Positions 19,304 to 27,141 of a stretch of DNA of 64,000 nucleotides are shown piece after piece. Location: NCBI GenBank assembly GCA_963787125.1, contig CAWBBV010000014.1:32001-96000 (forward strand), read 5' to 3'. The position numbers were made by a program, and so were the translations under genes. This stretch comes from an uncultured delta proteobacterium (GTDB lineage Bacteria; Desulfobacterota; Desulfuromonadia; Geobacterales; DSM-12255). Each line of letters starts with the position of its first letter. The first letter of the stretch is position 1. The notes below the pieces were generated by a model. That model worked only from the letters and a program-made list of their open reading frames with translations. It had not been told where the DNA came from and searched no databases.

Positions 19304-21049
19304 TCAATGATGCACAATGCCGGCATTACGGGTTCGGATAAGACTGGCCTTGAACAGCTCGTACTGCTTCCTGTCGGTTATTACTGGCAGAGAGAAATCT
19401 CCCTCTATCTGCCACGCATCGGACAGATAGACCCACGGTGCGAAAGACGACAGGGAATATCCCTGTTCCGGCTCGATTTTTTCAGACTGCATTTTTCTGA
19501 TGAACAAGCCGCTCCGATTGGCAAAGATCTCATGACTGCCGTTAAACGGCAGAGCGCCGGGGTCGCTGTACTCCCAGCTAACCTTCTGCTGTTGAACCCC
19601 GTCAAAAGAGTCATGGCAAGAATCGCAGCTGCGGCTTTTCCCCAGCTTGTGTGACATCTTGTCCATCTGGATCCAGAGCATCGCCTTGTTGTTGTCCGGC
19701 AAACCGCCAAACAGGCCCACATAGCCCCAGGCATCATCCGTCCGTTGCAGGTCAGGGAGGTCCTGCGGGTAGCGCCAGTGCAGACCGGGTTTAAAAGGTG
19801 ACGACTTCTGGTTCATGACCGCCATGGGGAATGGTTTGACCGGTATCCAGCGACCACTCTGGTCCCTGATCAGGACAGGCTCCGGCAGATAGCCGTAATA
19901 GGCCTTGAACTTGAAAAAAGGTGTCGCTGTTCCGGCCACTTTACCCGGCCCCCAGTAGGTACCCTGGTAACCGGCTACTCGCTGAATGTGACACGCTTCG
20001 CAGGCTAGATTCTTATGCAGAGATTTTGCATGGGTGGTGACCGCTGCGGGGTGGCAGCGCAGGCAGGAATCCTGAGCCTGCCGCTTGACCATGGCATGAC
20101 CGATGGCCGGGTTACTTTTGCTGCTTTCGTGACAATCAAGACAGCCGACCCTGGCTTGCACATGGACATCAGGCTCATTGCCATCCGGAAAAGAGAACGA
20201 GCCGCCAAAGTACCCCGCTCCGCGGCGCCGGTCTTCCGGTCCGGCATGGCAGATGGAAGCGCGCCCGTTGCCATAGCAACTCTCGGACGGTGGCGTTTTC
20301 ACGAAGGTATGTGGCCCGATGGTGGGATCAACAGGATTTTTCTTTTGCGGGTTAAAATGGCAGTCAAGGCAACCGACATGGCAGGTGTTGCATACTTTCT
20401 GGTTGAGACCATGGCTTGCCGGCGACATGGTGATTAGAGTGTTAGCCTGCATCGACTCGAAGTTCCCTTCAAACCATGGGCCGCAGTTATGGGGACCCCG
20501 GTCCTTGTCTGTCCACCCTTTGTACTGGCTCTGTTTGCCATTGGTCGCCATGGTGCTGCGGGAGAACTCGTCAAACTCTTTACGGTGGCAGGCCCCGCAG
20601 GTTTTCCGCATTACGTCGAAATCCTGGCTCAGGGTGTCGACCTTTTTGTCATGCCAGGAGATGGCTGCTACGTCAGAAGCCTTCACCGGCTTGCCGTCTT
20701 TTCCGGTAACTGCATAAAGGCGGTTCAGCGGGTTCGTGCCGTATGCGAGCGGGTAGCGCCGTGCCGAGGTGCTGACAGTGAACCCTTGCTTTGCGACAAC
20801 AAGCAACCGGACCATACCCTGATGGGCCTTGTCCTTCTGCTTGGCAGCGGGGGTGCCCAGATGGCATTCACTACAGCTGGCCGGCATATGTGTCTGGGCA
20901 GCTGTCTCCAGGCTGGTTACGGTAAAATGACCATACCCCAGGGATTCCATTTGCTGTCGATTACCATGGCACTCGGTGCAACTGTCTGCAGCTTTGGCAG
21001 TGTTTGCAGCTCCTGCGATCAGGATACTCAGAAAGATTGCCCGTATCAT
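19304..21049 (-). CDS. Exported multiheme c-type cytochrome (9 CxxCH plus one CX8CH)
   Basis: Signal peptide; CTECH, CSECH, CGACH, CNTCH, CLDCH, CLDCH, CLRCH, CEACH, CDSCH, and CYGNGRASICH. Confidence 0.92.
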   Translation of the reverse strand: MIRAIFLSILIAGAANTAKAADSCTECHGNRQQMESLGYGHFTVTSLETAAQTHMPASCSECHLGTPAAKQKDKAHQGMVRLLVVAKQGFTVSTSARRYPLAYGTNPLNRLYAVTGKDGKPVKASDVAAISWHDKKVDTLSQDFDVMRKTCGACHRKEFDEFSRSTMATNGKQSQYKGWTDKDRGPHNCGPWFEGNFESMQANTLITMSPASHGLNQKVCNTCHVGCLDCHFNPQKKNPVDPTIGPHTFVKTPPSESCYGNGRASICHAGPEDRRRGAGYFGGSFSFPDGNEPDVHVQARVGCLDCHESSKSNPAIGHAMVKRQAQDSCLRCHPAAVTTHAKSLHKNLACEACHIQRVAGYQGTYWGPGKVAGTATPFFKFKAYYGYLPEPVLIRDQSGRWIPVKPFPMAVMNQKSSPFKPGLHWRYPQDLPDLQRTDDAWGYVGLFGGLPDNNKAMLWIQMDKMSHKLGKSRSCDSCHDSFDGVQQQKVSWEYSDPGALPFNGSHEIFANRSGLFIRKMQSEKIEPEQGYSLSSFAPWVYLSDAWQIEGDFSLPVITDRKQYELFKASLIRTRNAGIVHH

Positions 21050-21094
21050 GTAACCACCTCTCCGCTGCTCTGAACAAATTGTTTTGCTTTTAAG

Positions 21095-21113
21095 TGATGC
21101 CTAACTGGCATCA
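21095..21113 (-). promoter_or_regulatory. Bacterial SECIS-like hairpin
   Basis: TGATGCC-AGTTA-GGCATCA; loop starts 16 nt after UGA 21125-21123, G at loop position 2, no U-tract. Confidence 0.6.
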
Positions 21114-21305
21114 TTAGAACTTTCAGCCACCACTTGAGCAACCGGCTGCCGACGACGAACTGCCTGTTGATGTAAAGATGGATAATTCCTTCTTGATCAG
21201 ATCTGAGCCACATTCCGGGCATTCAGCCGGCAGTGCGGCACTGGCTTTTTGCAGCCTTTCAAAGTGGTGATGGCACTTCATACACGAGTACTCGAAAATC
21301 GGCAT
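21114..21305 (-). CDS. FmdB-family zinc-ribbon protein, probable C-terminal selenocysteine (GCSSGG-U-KF)
   Basis: MPIFEYSCMKC...CPECGS; UGA followed by AAG TTC TAA and a SECIS-like hairpin (ends at 21123 if UGA is a stop). Confidence 0.8.
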
Positions 21306-21329
21306 TATCACTTCTCCTTAAAACCATAA

Positions 21330-21371
21330 ATCCAGATATATGAATATAATAGTATCTCTCTGTCTTGTCAA
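21330..21371 (-). promoter_or_regulatory. sigma70 promoter for the selenoprotein/cytochrome cluster with adjacent operator-like box
   Basis: TTGACA-17 bp-TATATT on the minus strand; ATCC-N8-GAAT at 21330-21345. Confidence 0.6.
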
Positions 21372-21488
21372 CAACGTCACTAAGCATGGTTATATCGCAA
21401 CGCACTAATCTGCATTGTTTTTTTCTCTGTAACAAGGTATACATTAGAAAAGAAGGTATCCATCTAACGAATGAACAGATGAATTCAA

Positions 21489-21818
21489 ATGATTGATAAC
21501 TACTCGCATCAAAAACGTATTTACATACTGGCCACCTTCATTGTCGCCTTCTGCCTGCTTGTAGCCGGAATGCGTGTGCCAGACTTGACACGTCCCCACC
21601 GGCCCAAGCCGAGTCAGAGGGCCGTCATCGAGAGTCAAGTCAAGACCTCTCAGCATATAGTCAATAATTCCATCGATTTTTTTGCAATTCCCGTTAAGCC
21701 TCCTCAGATCAAGACGACGCTTCTCTACCAAACTGAGTTTGTCTTTACGTTCTACTCTCCTGCAGTTCCAACCCTCTTTCCTAACTCGTCTCGCGCTCCG
21801 CCTTTATTTCTGTCCTGA
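21489..21818 (+). CDS. Small membrane-anchored protein with C-terminal RAPP motif (putative arrest/leader peptide)
   Basis: N-terminal TM (IYILATFIVAFCLLVAGM), C-terminus PNSSRAPPLFLS. Confidence 0.65.
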   Translation: MIDNYSHQKRIYILATFIVAFCLLVAGMRVPDLTRPHRPKPSQRAVIESQVKTSQHIVNNSIDFFAIPVKPPQIKTTLLYQTEFVFTFYSPAVPTLFPNSSRAPPLFLS

Positions 21819-21932
21819 TAAAAGCTGTATTTGAAAATTAACTCCCTGTCCATCTGTGTCAGTGCACTTATGCTCGCATGCATGGTTTGTGGAGATTTCT
21901 ATTAAATTATCAGCTACATAGGAGAGAATGCC

Positions 21933-22544
21933 ATGAAAAGATCTATGAATCGGCTTCTGCCGATCTTATTTGCAGGAATGTTTATATATTCAGGTTGTGC
22001 CAAACAGGGCATCGTCAAAAATGACGCATCAATTGTCCCAGTGCTAGCGAAACCAGCTGAAACCATAACTGCCAAAAAGACTCAAACTTCTGTAAAATCG
22101 GTCGAAAAACCAATTGATTCCTCGAATACGAAATTTGCGTCTCCCGTCAGTAACGTCCCGAATAAATCAGATAAAAACAGCACAACGGCATTAACGGCAG
22201 ATTTACATAAAAAGCTAGAAAAGATATTTTTCGATTTCGACTCTTCCTCATTAAGCGATAGTGCGCGACAAACTCTAACCAAGAATTTTACCGTTTTGAA
22301 ACAAGTTCCTCAGGCTCAAATCCGTATCGAGGGTAATTGCGATGAACGCGGTTCCGACGAATACAATCTGGCCCTTGGCGAGAGACGTTCCCAAGCGGCA
22401 GCCCGTTACTTGACTACTCTGGGTATTTCGCGCGAACGGTTCTCCACCATCAGTTACGGCAAGGAAAAGCCTGCTGATCCCGGCCATGATGAAAACGCCT
22501 GGTCGAAGAACCGACGGGATACATTTATCATAACCAGCAATTGA
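21933..22544 (+). CDS. pal: Peptidoglycan-associated lipoprotein (OmpA-like domain)
   Basis: Lipobox YSGC; IFFDFDS, EGNCDERGSDEYNLALGERR, SYGKEKP, KNRR. Confidence 0.9.
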   Translation: MKRSMNRLLPILFAGMFIYSGCAKQGIVKNDASIVPVLAKPAETITAKKTQTSVKSVEKPIDSSNTKFASPVSNVPNKSDKNSTTALTADLHKKLEKIFFDFDSSSLSDSARQTLTKNFTVLKQVPQAQIRIEGNCDERGSDEYNLALGERRSQAAARYLTTLGISRERFSTISYGKEKPADPGHDENAWSKNRRDTFIITSN

Positions 22545-22665
22545 TTTGGTGCGTGCGGAGCCGAATTATCGGCTCCGCCAGTTTCTATGGAACAAGAGGA
22601 AAGTTTGCAAAACGCGACCCTTGTCAGCACTCTGCAGGGGTGGCATCCAGGACCGGAGGAATATC

Positions 22666-23427
22666 GTGACGGAATCGTATTTATTTTCTTCGTCGGGACT
22701 TATCGCTCTTGCTTGCTATGTAAGAGCTGACACCCTGTTCGCATTCAACCTAGACGGCATTATGGAACAGAACATTGCAGATTACTCACCTGCCGCTATA
22801 ACTGAACCGGTTAAAACGACCCTGCAGAGGCTCATGAACTTCGCAAAAGTGATGGTGTTTTCCTGCCTATCACGAAAAGACGCATTGAACATCCTCGGAT
22901 TTGAACCTCATTTGCTCATTGGTAATTACAGCCCTGAATTGCCTTCACAAGGAAGAAGCCGCAATTGGCACAATGTCAAGCACTGCCTAAAATGGCGTGA
23001 GCAGGTTTATGACTTACTCATCTATGTCCAAGGAGTAGAAATTGAGTTTTTAGGAGAATCCATTTCACTCCATTATCGTAATGCGGACAATCCGGAGAAA
23101 GCACTTGCACTGATCAATGCCGCAATTGAAAAACTTAAACCGGTTCCACAAAAAATTGACGGCAAGTTTGTTGTTAATTTGTTCCCTGGCAATGCATTAA
23201 CCAGAGGAGCGGCACTATTGACAGCACTGGAGTTCTTTGGTTCAAGTAAAGCAATCTATTTTGGTGCAGATGAAGCTGATGAAGACGTTTTTCGGTTAAA
23301 GTTAGCCGATGTTTTTGGCATTAATGTCGGTAAAGCCGATAACACGGCCGCATCCCATTACCTGCTTAGCCAGTCGGATATTCTGGGACTTCTCAATTCG
23401 ATGGTCGGTATACTTGAAACTCACTGA
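22666..23427 (+). CDS. Trehalose-6-phosphate phosphatase-like HAD protein with degenerate catalytic motifs
   Basis: GGAGG plus GTG start; LFAFNLDG, SLHYR, FGADEADEDVF. Confidence 0.7.
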   Translation: MTESYLFSSSGLIALACYVRADTLFAFNLDGIMEQNIADYSPAAITEPVKTTLQRLMNFAKVMVFSCLSRKDALNILGFEPHLLIGNYSPELPSQGRSRNWHNVKHCLKWREQVYDLLIYVQGVEIEFLGESISLHYRNADNPEKALALINAAIEKLKPVPQKIDGKFVVNLFPGNALTRGAALLTALEFFGSSKAIYFGADEADEDVFRLKLADVFGINVGKADNTAASHYLLSQSDILGLLNSMVGILETH

Positions 23428-23504
23428 TAAAGCAAATCGGTAAAGAAGAAAAATAGCAGAAACTGGTAAAACACAGCCGGATGATTAAAAAACAGGGGTA
23501 AGTA

Positions 23505-23867
23505 ATGCCAACTTTTGTTGCTCTCGTTCTGCTCGGTGGTCTGGCAGGTGTAACAAGCGGCCTCATTGGCATCGGCGGTGGAATCATTATAGTTCCTGCC
23601 CTGGTGCTGTTCTTTGGCTTTTCCCAGCAACTGGCACAGGGAACCACGCTGACACTGATGATTCCCCCACTGGGGGCATTGGCCGCATGGACCTATTACC
23701 GGCAGGGGTTTGTAGACATAAAAACAGCCGGGCTTATCTGCCTTGGTTTCCTGGTTGGCAGTGTCCTTGGCGCTGATCTGGCAATCCGCCTCCCGACAGA
23801 AATCCTGACCCGGACATTTGGGGCAATTTTAGTGGTTATAGGAATGAAAATGCTACTCTTGGGGTGA
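23505..23867 (+). CDS. TauE/SafE sulfite-exporter family membrane protein (short form)
   Basis: SGLIGIGGGIIIVPAL...AQGTTL. Confidence 0.85.
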   Translation: MPTFVALVLLGGLAGVTSGLIGIGGGIIIVPALVLFFGFSQQLAQGTTLTLMIPPLGALAAWTYYRQGFVDIKTAGLICLGFLVGSVLGADLAIRLPTEILTRTFGAILVVIGMKMLLLG

Positions 23868-23870
23868 TTA

Positions 23871-24248
23871 ATGACGCCAAAGGAAATAACGAACGAAAAG
23901 AAAATAGTCCCGCATAAAGCCCAATCTGAACCATCCAGTGAAACAATTGATGTTGATATCACCATCCATGTTTTCACAGTTTCAGCGACGTTGGTCGGTG
24001 TTTGCCTGACGGTTATCGGCATTTTCATCATGAGTCGCCGACTTGCCCATGTGAAGAGTTTTGGTGAGGTTCTGCTGGCAATAGATGCATTCTTATTTCT
24101 ATGCGCTTGCTTTTTATCCTACTTTGCCTTGAAGAGAAGGCGTAAAGGTCGCCGTCATCGATTGGAACGATTGGCCGAAGAGATATTTTTTGCAGCTCTG
24201 GCATTTATGGTATTCATCTGTGGTTTCATTATCTATGAATTGGCATGA
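23871..24248 (+). CDS. Hypothetical membrane protein (3 TM)
   Basis: HVFTVSATLVGVCLTVIG plus two further hydrophobic segments. Confidence 0.7.
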   Translation: MTPKEITNEKKIVPHKAQSEPSSETIDVDITIHVFTVSATLVGVCLTVIGIFIMSRRLAHVKSFGEVLLAIDAFLFLCACFLSYFALKRRRKGRRHRLERLAEEIFFAALAFMVFICGFIIYELA

Positions 24249-24309
24249 AGTTACCATGGCTGGCTATAAATTGTACGGCGCAAAAAGTGTTAACGAGGAA
24301 GATCACTAC

Positions 24310-24460
24310 TCAAATAACAGCGCCAAAGAACTTGCCGACTCCGGCAGTTAGTCCCATTGCGAGCACACCCCAGAAAGCAACACGAATAGCACCCTTAACA
24401 ATTGGAGCACCACCGGCGTATGCTGCGGTAGCTCCCAAAATGGCTAGAGTAATCAGCGCG
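24310..24460 (-). pseudogene. VIT1/CCC1-family transporter C-terminal remnant
   Basis: Reads LITLAILGATAAYAGGAPIVKGAIRVAFWGVLAMGLTAGVGKFFGAVI*; upstream sequence appears unrelated. Confidence 0.65.
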
Positions 24461-24633
24461 TCAGTTTTCTTGAGACTGAAAACGTAGCCAGCGAGATGGC
24501 GATATCCTCATCGCTGGCCTCGATGAACGGCACCATGGCAGAAAATGGCACTGCCACCGCAGATAGCTGTGCCAAACAGTAGGAGTAGAAAGGTAATCCG
24601 AGATGGTAATTTCATAGCGAGAATTGGCAATGA

Positions 24634-25038
24634 CTATGGCAAATGAGCGGTGATCTCAAACTCCGGAGGGTTCATGATCACCTTCTTTACGGAGCAAAGC
24701 TCCGCTGTTTTCACAATGGCATTGCGATACTTCTCTGGGAACCCGACCGGTAACATTATATCAAGCGTGACTTTAGACAGCCGTTTATTGCCGGACTCAT
24801 CTGCAGTGAATTCCACCCGTTGGGCAAGGGATAGCCCATCCGTCGATATATCTCTCTGCTGGCAAAAACTGAGAACGTAAATACCCGCGCAGGTACCCAA
24901 TGAGGCAAGAAAATAGCTGAATGGGCTTGGTGCGCTGCCATCTCCGCCATCTGCGATTGGCTGATCCGTGGGGATTACCACCCCATTCATTTCTGCATTC
25001 ACCTTTTTCCCACCAGGGAACGTAATGGTCATTTCCAT
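24634..25038 (-). CDS. OsmC-family protein
   Basis: TDQP...GGDGSAPSP...LASLGTC and AELCSV. Confidence 0.9.
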   Translation of the reverse strand: MEMTITFPGGKKVNAEMNGVVIPTDQPIADGGDGSAPSPFSYFLASLGTCAGIYVLSFCQQRDISTDGLSLAQRVEFTADESGNKRLSKVTLDIMLPVGFPEKYRNAIVKTAELCSVKKVIMNPPEFEITAHLP

Positions 25039-25206
25039 AGAGGCTCCTCCAATTTAATGCCGCCGGGAGATATGGGCGGAATGCGAACCTTGCATCTTTA
25101 TCGGGAAAACTGCTCAACGCAATATTCTCTCCTTCTCCAGAGTGAAACAGGTAGTTAGGCGCTGCTGTTACTGTTAACCCTTCTGAGACACGGATTATTC
25201 CCGAAG

Positions 25207-26121
25207 TCATTCCACCGAGATGCAAGCGTCAGAAATCCCTTCGCTACGCTCAACATGATGAAATATATCATTCTTCTTTGAATTTTTTATCGAATACATC
25301 AACCGGTCGGACTGGGCTATCATTTCCTCTGCAGTAGCTGGAGGTTTCTCAAAAGTAATGAAGCCGATACTGAAGGTAACCGGCCAGCCGTTCCTTGCCA
25401 TGGAAGCAAGCAGATTCTCCCGTACCTTTGCCATGACACCCCCGGCCGACTCCTCGTCGGTTTCAGGCAGCATAATAACAAACTCGTCTCCGCCGACCCT
25501 TGCAATAGTATCAGCCTTGCGCAGGGTTTCCTCCAATGTTGAAACGACCTGGCAGAGAACCTTGTCCCCTTCGGCATGTCCCATCTGGTCGTTTACAGCT
25601 TTAAAATTATCAAGATCAATAAATGCGATATTAAGTGATCGGAAATGGCGGGAACACTGGGCAATTTCATAAGTTGCCAGTTCCAGAAGCGCACGCCGGT
25701 TCAAGGCTCCGGTGAGGGGATCTACCCGTGACATCTCTCGCTCCAGGTTAAACCGTTCCTTCAGTGCCGAAAACATCAGACTCATTAAGAGCAGGTAGGT
25801 AAATTCAAGAAACAGATCCCAATAATAGTAGGTTGGGTGGGAATAATTACGGAGCACATAGCGGTAAGGGTTGGCGACGAGGCTGGAGAAAAAGCTGCCG
25901 ATACACACAGATACCCCGGCACTACTGCCGACGAACCAGGCGGCAAGGAATATGGGAATCAGGTAAAAAAGGGTAAACGAGTAGTTGCCGGTGACAGAAT
26001 CAAGCACTCCCATTAGGGCGAGCAATCCAAGACTCCAGACAAAAAGTGATTTCCTTGACTGCTGGTCGAGAGAGTCAAAGAGCGAACCATGAATCCTGTT
26101 GAATTTCAGGAAAATGCTCAT
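25207..26121 (-). CDS. Membrane-bound diguanylate cyclase (GGDEF)
   Basis: N-terminal TMs, DPLTGALNRR, DLDNFK, RVGGDEF. Confidence 0.92.
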   Translation of the reverse strand: MSIFLKFNRIHGSLFDSLDQQSRKSLFVWSLGLLALMGVLDSVTGNYSFTLFYLIPIFLAAWFVGSSAGVSVCIGSFFSSLVANPYRYVLRNYSHPTYYYWDLFLEFTYLLLMSLMFSALKERFNLEREMSRVDPLTGALNRRALLELATYEIAQCSRHFRSLNIAFIDLDNFKAVNDQMGHAEGDKVLCQVVSTLEETLRKADTIARVGGDEFVIMLPETDEESAGGVMAKVRENLLASMARNGWPVTFSIGFITFEKPPATAEEMIAQSDRLMYSIKNSKKNDIFHHVERSEGISDACISVE

Positions 26122-26232
26122 TCAATCCTCCTGGAACAGGTCACATGGCGTTGGAACAGAGAAATCATTGCCACTCCATACTAAGCGGTTTATGTATGCC
26201 GTAGTGTTTTATTAAGCATTCCGGGCAAATTA

Positions 26233-27102
26233 TTACCTTTTACCGTTCTTCTTTTTTCTGTTCTTCCCAGCTGCGTCTACCTCAGCCTCGTGGTACCTCG
26301 CCTTTACTTCAATGATATCCACTGTCGGCTCTGGAAACTTCATCTTCAGTGATTCCAGCATATCTACGACGATCTGAGACACAGCGAGATTGCGGAACCA
26401 CTTATGATTGGCCGGAATAATGAACCATGGCGCATGCTTGGTACTGCAGTTGCTCAGAGCATCCTCGAATGCCTTCGTGTATTCGTCCCAGTACTCCCGT
26501 TCCTTATAATCTGACTCACTGATTTTCCACTGTCGTGCGGGATCGTCTATCCGCTGTTTGAAGCGCCGAAGTTGCTCGTCTTTGCTGATGTGCAGGTAAA
26601 ATTTAAGGATATGGGTACCGTTGTCGACGAGACTCTTTTCAAAATCATTGATGATGTCGTAGCGCTTTGACCAAACCTTTTTGGGAACAATTTTGTGCAC
26701 ACGGGAAACAAGCACATCCTCGTAATGGGAGCGGTTGAAAATCGCGACCTGACCACGGTGAGGCGCGGCCTGGTGAATGCGCCAGAGAAAATCGTGGGCT
26801 GCCTCCTCGGCTGAGGGGATCTTGAACCCGTACACCCTTGACCCTTGGGGATTCATGTTACCCAAGACATGATTGATGGTACCGTCTTTGCCACCGGCAT
26901 CCATGGCCTGTAAAATGATGAGCAGCGAGCGCTTGTTTTCGGCGTACAGAAGGTATTGCAGCTCTCGAAGCCGGTGTGTGTACTTTTCTATTTCAACCAG
27001 CGCGGATGCCTGATCTTCGTGTTTATCCTTGAACGCAGCATCGATCTTGTTCAGCTTGACGCTATTCCCCGGTTTTACCCTGAATTTTTCACTGTAGTTC
27101 AT
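26233..27102 (-). CDS. Polyphosphate kinase 2 family protein
   Basis: QAMDAGGKDG, FNRSHYEDV, PANHKWFR. Confidence 0.93.
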   Translation of the reverse strand: MNYSEKFRVKPGNSVKLNKIDAAFKDKHEDQASALVEIEKYTHRLRELQYLLYAENKRSLLIILQAMDAGGKDGTINHVLGNMNPQGSRVYGFKIPSAEEAAHDFLWRIHQAAPHRGQVAIFNRSHYEDVLVSRVHKIVPKKVWSKRYDIINDFEKSLVDNGTHILKFYLHISKDEQLRRFKQRIDDPARQWKISESDYKEREYWDEYTKAFEDALSNCSTKHAPWFIIPANHKWFRNLAVSQIVVDMLESLKMKFPEPTVDIIEVKARYHEAEVDAAGKNRKKKNGKR

Positions 27103-27141
27103 AGTGATTCTCCTTCCGGCAGCTGCTTTAGACAACGATCA

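Noticed and set aside
21095..21113. Rho-independent terminator
   Set aside because: No U-tract on either strand, and its position fits a SECIS better
25040..25206. c-di-GMP riboswitch near the GGDEF gene
   Set aside because: No recognisable GEMM consensus by eye; an Infernal scan would be needed to exclude it fully
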